The notes under the pieces were generated by a model, which saw nothing but the letters and a program-made list of their open reading frames with translations, was not told where the DNA came from and did no database searches. A stretch of 36,126 nt of DNA from a virus (lineage: Duplodnaviria; Caudoviricetes), in IMG/VR virus record IMGVR_UViG_3300003541_000008, positions 1-36,126 of that record, one strand, 5' to 3'. Positions within the stretch are counted from its first letter, which is position 1, and each line of letters starts with the position of its first letter. Made by a program: the position numbers and the translations under genes. Shown piece after piece: positions 33,246 to 36,126 of this stretch.

Positions 33246-34715
33246 TCACAGGCCCCCCTGCTGCACGTCAGGGACAACGCCCTGAGCGGAGGTCCATACC
33301 GATCCGGCCGGGATTCGGACGCGCGCGCGTGCAAAACGCGCGTCGACAAGAAACGGACATTTCCCGTCAATCTCGCGTGTGCTTTCTCCCGCCAGCGTCT
33401 TCACGGCGTTGATATTCATGGACTCGCGGGATTCGATATCGGCGTAAACTTCCTCCGCGTCTGTGACCGGATAGACGCCGTTGATTATAAGGCGGCTGTC
33501 ATGCGCGGACTGTTCGCCGACGTCAAGCGTCGCTTCAAGCGTGGGGCCCGCGAAAAAGCCTGCAATGTTCGTGTCGTTCATGACAGAAAGCGCAGGAAGA
33601 GAAAAAGAGCTCACGGAGTCAAGTGTAAATGGCAGGGCGTCAATGCTGGCGGACACGGCGTCGAGCCCTTCTAACGTCATCCCCGGCTTTGCCAGGGATG
33701 AGATAAATTGCCCCACCATATCAATCGGCGTCCACTTATCCAGCAACCAGTTATAACAGAGGAGCTTGTCAAACGTCCCCGCCGTTCCGCCCGCCTTCGA
33801 TCTGTACGCCCAGATGACTTGATTGGCTGTCGGGTCCGACACGCCAATCATCAATTCTGGGTGGCTGTCGTCATAGTCGGCGAAAAACGTCTTATCGACT
33901 CGTTGCGTCCCAATCGGCGTAAGCTGCCCCGTGGCGTCCGTTTGCACAAATCCCTGGGCGGATAACAGGAACATGCGCTCGCCAGCGGTGACCAAGGAAT
34001 AGGGGGCTAGCGCCCCGCGATCTTTGGCCAAACGGTCAATTTGGAAAACAATGTCTGATCCTGGCGAAAAGATCATGCGCCGCATAGCGGAATCCTGGCA
34101 CACGATTCCCATTTCTCCGCCAACGACGCCGCGCACGACGCCGCCGTCTGGAAAGTCCTGATAGTCGGAATAATCAAGCGCAGGCGTCCACCCCGTCACA
34201 TCATTAAGCGCGCTCCACTGAATGCGGTAGGGATAGGAAAGCAGGCCCGACAGCACAACAAAACGGTTAACAATCGCGATATAGGCGGCCTGGGGAGGGC
34301 TCCCGGCAAGGTCTGCGAATGCGGTTGACGACGACAGGTCGAACACTTGGGGAACGGCGTTTGCTTGAACCGCAATGACGAAATTATTGAACTGCGCGAA
34401 TTGCCATTGCGCAGAGCCGGACACAGCGGAATAGGCGGCCCCGCCCTTGGATACGTCAACCCACGTTAAGTTCGTGTTGTTCAACGTATAAACGCGCGTT
34501 GACGTAGCCGCGAAAATCACAACGGAATTGTCTGATTTGTGCGCGAAAAAACATCCGCGACAGGGGCCCGTCAACGCGGCGGCGTATCCTGTCCAGCTCT
34601 TGAATGGGGCGTATCCGTCCGCCGTAGGGAGCACGTTTTTGATGTATCCGGACGCGCCAGAGTTCAGATTGCTGAGGTCTGGCATGTACTGGGCAAAGGG
34701 TATCATTTTCGCCAT
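33246..34715 (-). CDS. Tail nozzle / head-closure protein (P22 gp10 or T7 gp12 analog)
   Basis: MIPF..Y.PD start, W.F.QF, RIQWS..ND..W, DYQDFPDGG beta-propeller motifs; follows the adaptor. Confidence 0.8.
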   Translation of the reverse strand: MAKMIPFAQYMPDLSNLNSGASGYIKNVLPTADGYAPFKSWTGYAAALTGPCRGCFFAHKSDNSVVIFAATSTRVYTLNNTNLTWVDVSKGGAAYSAVSGSAQWQFAQFNNFVIAVQANAVPQVFDLSSSTAFADLAGSPPQAAYIAIVNRFVVLSGLLSYPYRIQWSALNDVTGWTPALDYSDYQDFPDGGVVRGVVGGEMGIVCQDSAMRRMIFSPGSDIVFQIDRLAKDRGALAPYSLVTAGERMFLLSAQGFVQTDATGQLTPIGTQRVDKTFFADYDDSHPELMIGVSDPTANQVIWAYRSKAGGTAGTFDKLLCYNWLLDKWTPIDMVGQFISSLAKPGMTLEGLDAVSASIDALPFTLDSVSSFSLPALSVMNDTNIAGFFAGPTLEATLDVGEQSAHDSRLIINGVYPVTDAEEVYADIESRESMNINAVKTLAGESTREIDGKCPFLVDARFARARVRIPAGSVWTSAQGVVPDVQQGGL

Positions 34716-34718
34716 GTG

Positions 34719-35366
34719 CTAGAACCCCATAGCGTCGACGCGTGACTTACGCGTCTTGGTTTTACGCGTCGTCAGCGTTTTGAGATTGGCGAAGGCGTCA
34801 GCGATCGCCGATTGCATGCGCTGTTCAAGCGCGCTGTCATAAATTACGTGCAGCGCGAGCTCCAGTTTCGCGCGCGAGCGGATGAGGCGTTCAGCCTCAT
34901 TCATCCAAACATTATCAATCTCTGTGTCCGACGCGGGGGCTGGGCGGTTCTCAACAACCCCCGCGCGGACTTTCCAGATGTCAGTGGGAATCGGGTAAAG
35001 CCTAAGGGTTTCGTCATACCACCCAAATTCCCCAGGCTGTCCTGACATGGTGCCGTTTTGGGAAGCGCTCTCCAGCCTGATTTGGGGGCTTTGACGGAGC
35101 TCAAAGGGCGTGTTGCCGACGTATAAAAAGACAAAGTCAATTTTCATCAACGTCCCGAGCGAGGGAACGTCTGTCGCCGTATAGAATTCTTTCATAGCTG
35201 TTGTCCAAAAGACAACATCCCGCGACTCGTTAAACCAAAACCTGTCACTATTATGGACGTCTATTGCGTCCATAATAGCTAGGTCTATTTGTGCGTTGAT
35301 AGTGCTTCTTCGAATCTCTGACGCTATGCGCGCCCGCATGGTCGCGAGAGTTCTTGTGCCAGCCAT
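34719..35366 (-). CDS. Head-to-tail adaptor (215 aa)
   Basis: TL..M..RIA.E..R..I..AI..AI..RFWFNE; G.P; LRLYPIP; N.WM.EAE.LIR.RAK. Confidence 0.8.
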   Translation of the reverse strand: MAGTRTLATMRARIASEIRRSTINAQIDLAIMDAIDVHNSDRFWFNESRDVVFWTTAMKEFYTATDVPSLGTLMKIDFVFLYVGNTPFELRQSPQIRLESASQNGTMSGQPGEFGWYDETLRLYPIPTDIWKVRAGVVENRPAPASDTEIDNVWMNEAERLIRSRAKLELALHVIYDSALEQRMQSAIADAFANLKTLTTRKTKTRKSRVDAMGF

Positions 35367-35390
35367 CTTTAACCCCCCGCTGTATGCGGT

Positions 35391-35795
35391 TTATGCGTTG
35401 GGCATTGTGCGCCCGTAGGCTGTTACAGTGATAGCCTGCCCGGAGGCTATCGAGACATTATCAATAGTCATGTCTCCTCCGCCGCCTGTGGCTGTAACGG
35501 TTCCTTGCTCGTGGCATGTGGTTCCGGCCGTGTCCGTTATGCGATAATGGCCCGCCGTCCCTGGCGCCGCGCCAGCCCCCGCCCACGTCCCGGCCATCGC
35601 TACGGCCCCCGCCGACGCCGTGGCGAGCCAATCAGAGGGGAGCGCGATATCTGCGAGCAGCGTGCCCGACGCCGCCGCCGCGCAGTTGGCGGGGGGTGAA
35701 CCAGAATAAATTTTCAGATAAGGCGACGTCCCTATAGTAACCTCATAGGTTGCAGCCATAGCGGTTCTAAGAACTGTCGATAGTTGAATAGCCAT
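35391..35795 (-). CDS. Small virion structural protein (134 aa)
   Basis: LKIYSG..PA...A.GTLLA.I.LP..GTAG.YRI..QGTV..GGD pattern common next to fibre genes; AAGGA RBS. Confidence 0.75.
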   Translation of the reverse strand: MAIQLSTVLRTAMAATYEVTIGTSPYLKIYSGSPPANCAAAASGTLLADIALPSDWLATASAGAVAMAGTWAGAGAAPGTAGHYRITDTAGTTCHEQGTVTATGGGGDMTIDNVSIASGQAITVTAYGRTMPNA

Positions 35796-35840
35796 ATGTG
35801 TATTTCCTTAGAGTATTATTCCATTATGCTCTGTGGGCGG

Positions 35841-36126
35841 TTACGCCGCCGCCCACGACGCGGCGGCTATCCCCTTGTACAGGCCCGCGCTCGTGATAGA
35901 CGCAGCGGCGTTTGCAGATAGGCCCGTAGCGTGTCCGGCGTAGACGCCCCAGCTAGACCCGTTTGTTGTGATGGATGAGTCGTCTGTGGTGAGCGCTATA
36001 TCGCCAGTGATCAATAACCCTGTTACCTCAAACGCAGACGCGCCACCAACAACTATGCCATTGGCTGGCACATTTAAGTTATACGGCGGGGCCTCTCCCG
36101 CCACAGAGGCGTGAGGAATTTCTGAG
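35841..36126 (-). CDS. C-terminal part of a fibre-like virion protein, truncated by the window edge
   Basis: Frame stays open to the window end; beta-rich C-terminus ending AAASWAAA. Confidence 0.6.
   Translation of the reverse strand, partial: SEIPHASVAGEAPPYNLNVPANGIVVGGASAFEVTGLLITGDIALTTDDSSITTNGSSWGVYAGHATGLSANAAASITSAGLYKGIAAASWAAA

Noticed and set aside
1-36126. tRNA genes, integrase/att sites, alternative genetic code
   Set aside because: GTTCGA hits lie in coding regions without cloverleaf context; no integrase; long genes read intact in the standard code with all three stops used

Overview
About 36 kb of a high-GC tailed phage with podovirus-like architecture. The host is probably alphaproteobacterial (Rhizobiales-type), inferred from the tail-collar, adaptor and tailspike families and the promoter style. 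Minus strand, right to left: truncated fibre-like gene, small virion protein, head-tail adaptor, nozzle/tail hub, small tail protein and gp13-like GNAT-fold protein. These are followed by an unusually long run of eight candidate internal/ejection proteins (279, 778, 150, 952, 2073, 349, 234 and 129 aa) and a tail-collar fibre. The run includes a polyvalent protein with tandem GNAT-like domains and a SleB-like wall hydrolase. Further left lie a separate cassette with a beta-helix tailspike between two paralogous small genes, and then terS, three short genes and terL. Three plus-strand islands of small hypothetical early-type genes interrupt these late modules. A conserved sigma70-like promoter (TTTACAATGGCCGAAA-N7-TAT) occurs three times. 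A repeat-rich non-coding region at about 14.5-15.3 kb looks like an origin or packaging/terminus site. I recognised no portal, major capsid, integrase, polymerase, tRNA or CRISPR array. The most interesting signals are (1) short matching terminal motifs on the ejection proteins, suggesting a modular docking/sorting code, (2) a C-terminal motif shared by three adjacent genes, (3) stand-alone polymerase O-helix fragments in two early proteins, and (4) an apparently over-represented octamer GCCCAGGG. All family calls come from motif recognition by eye, not database searches.
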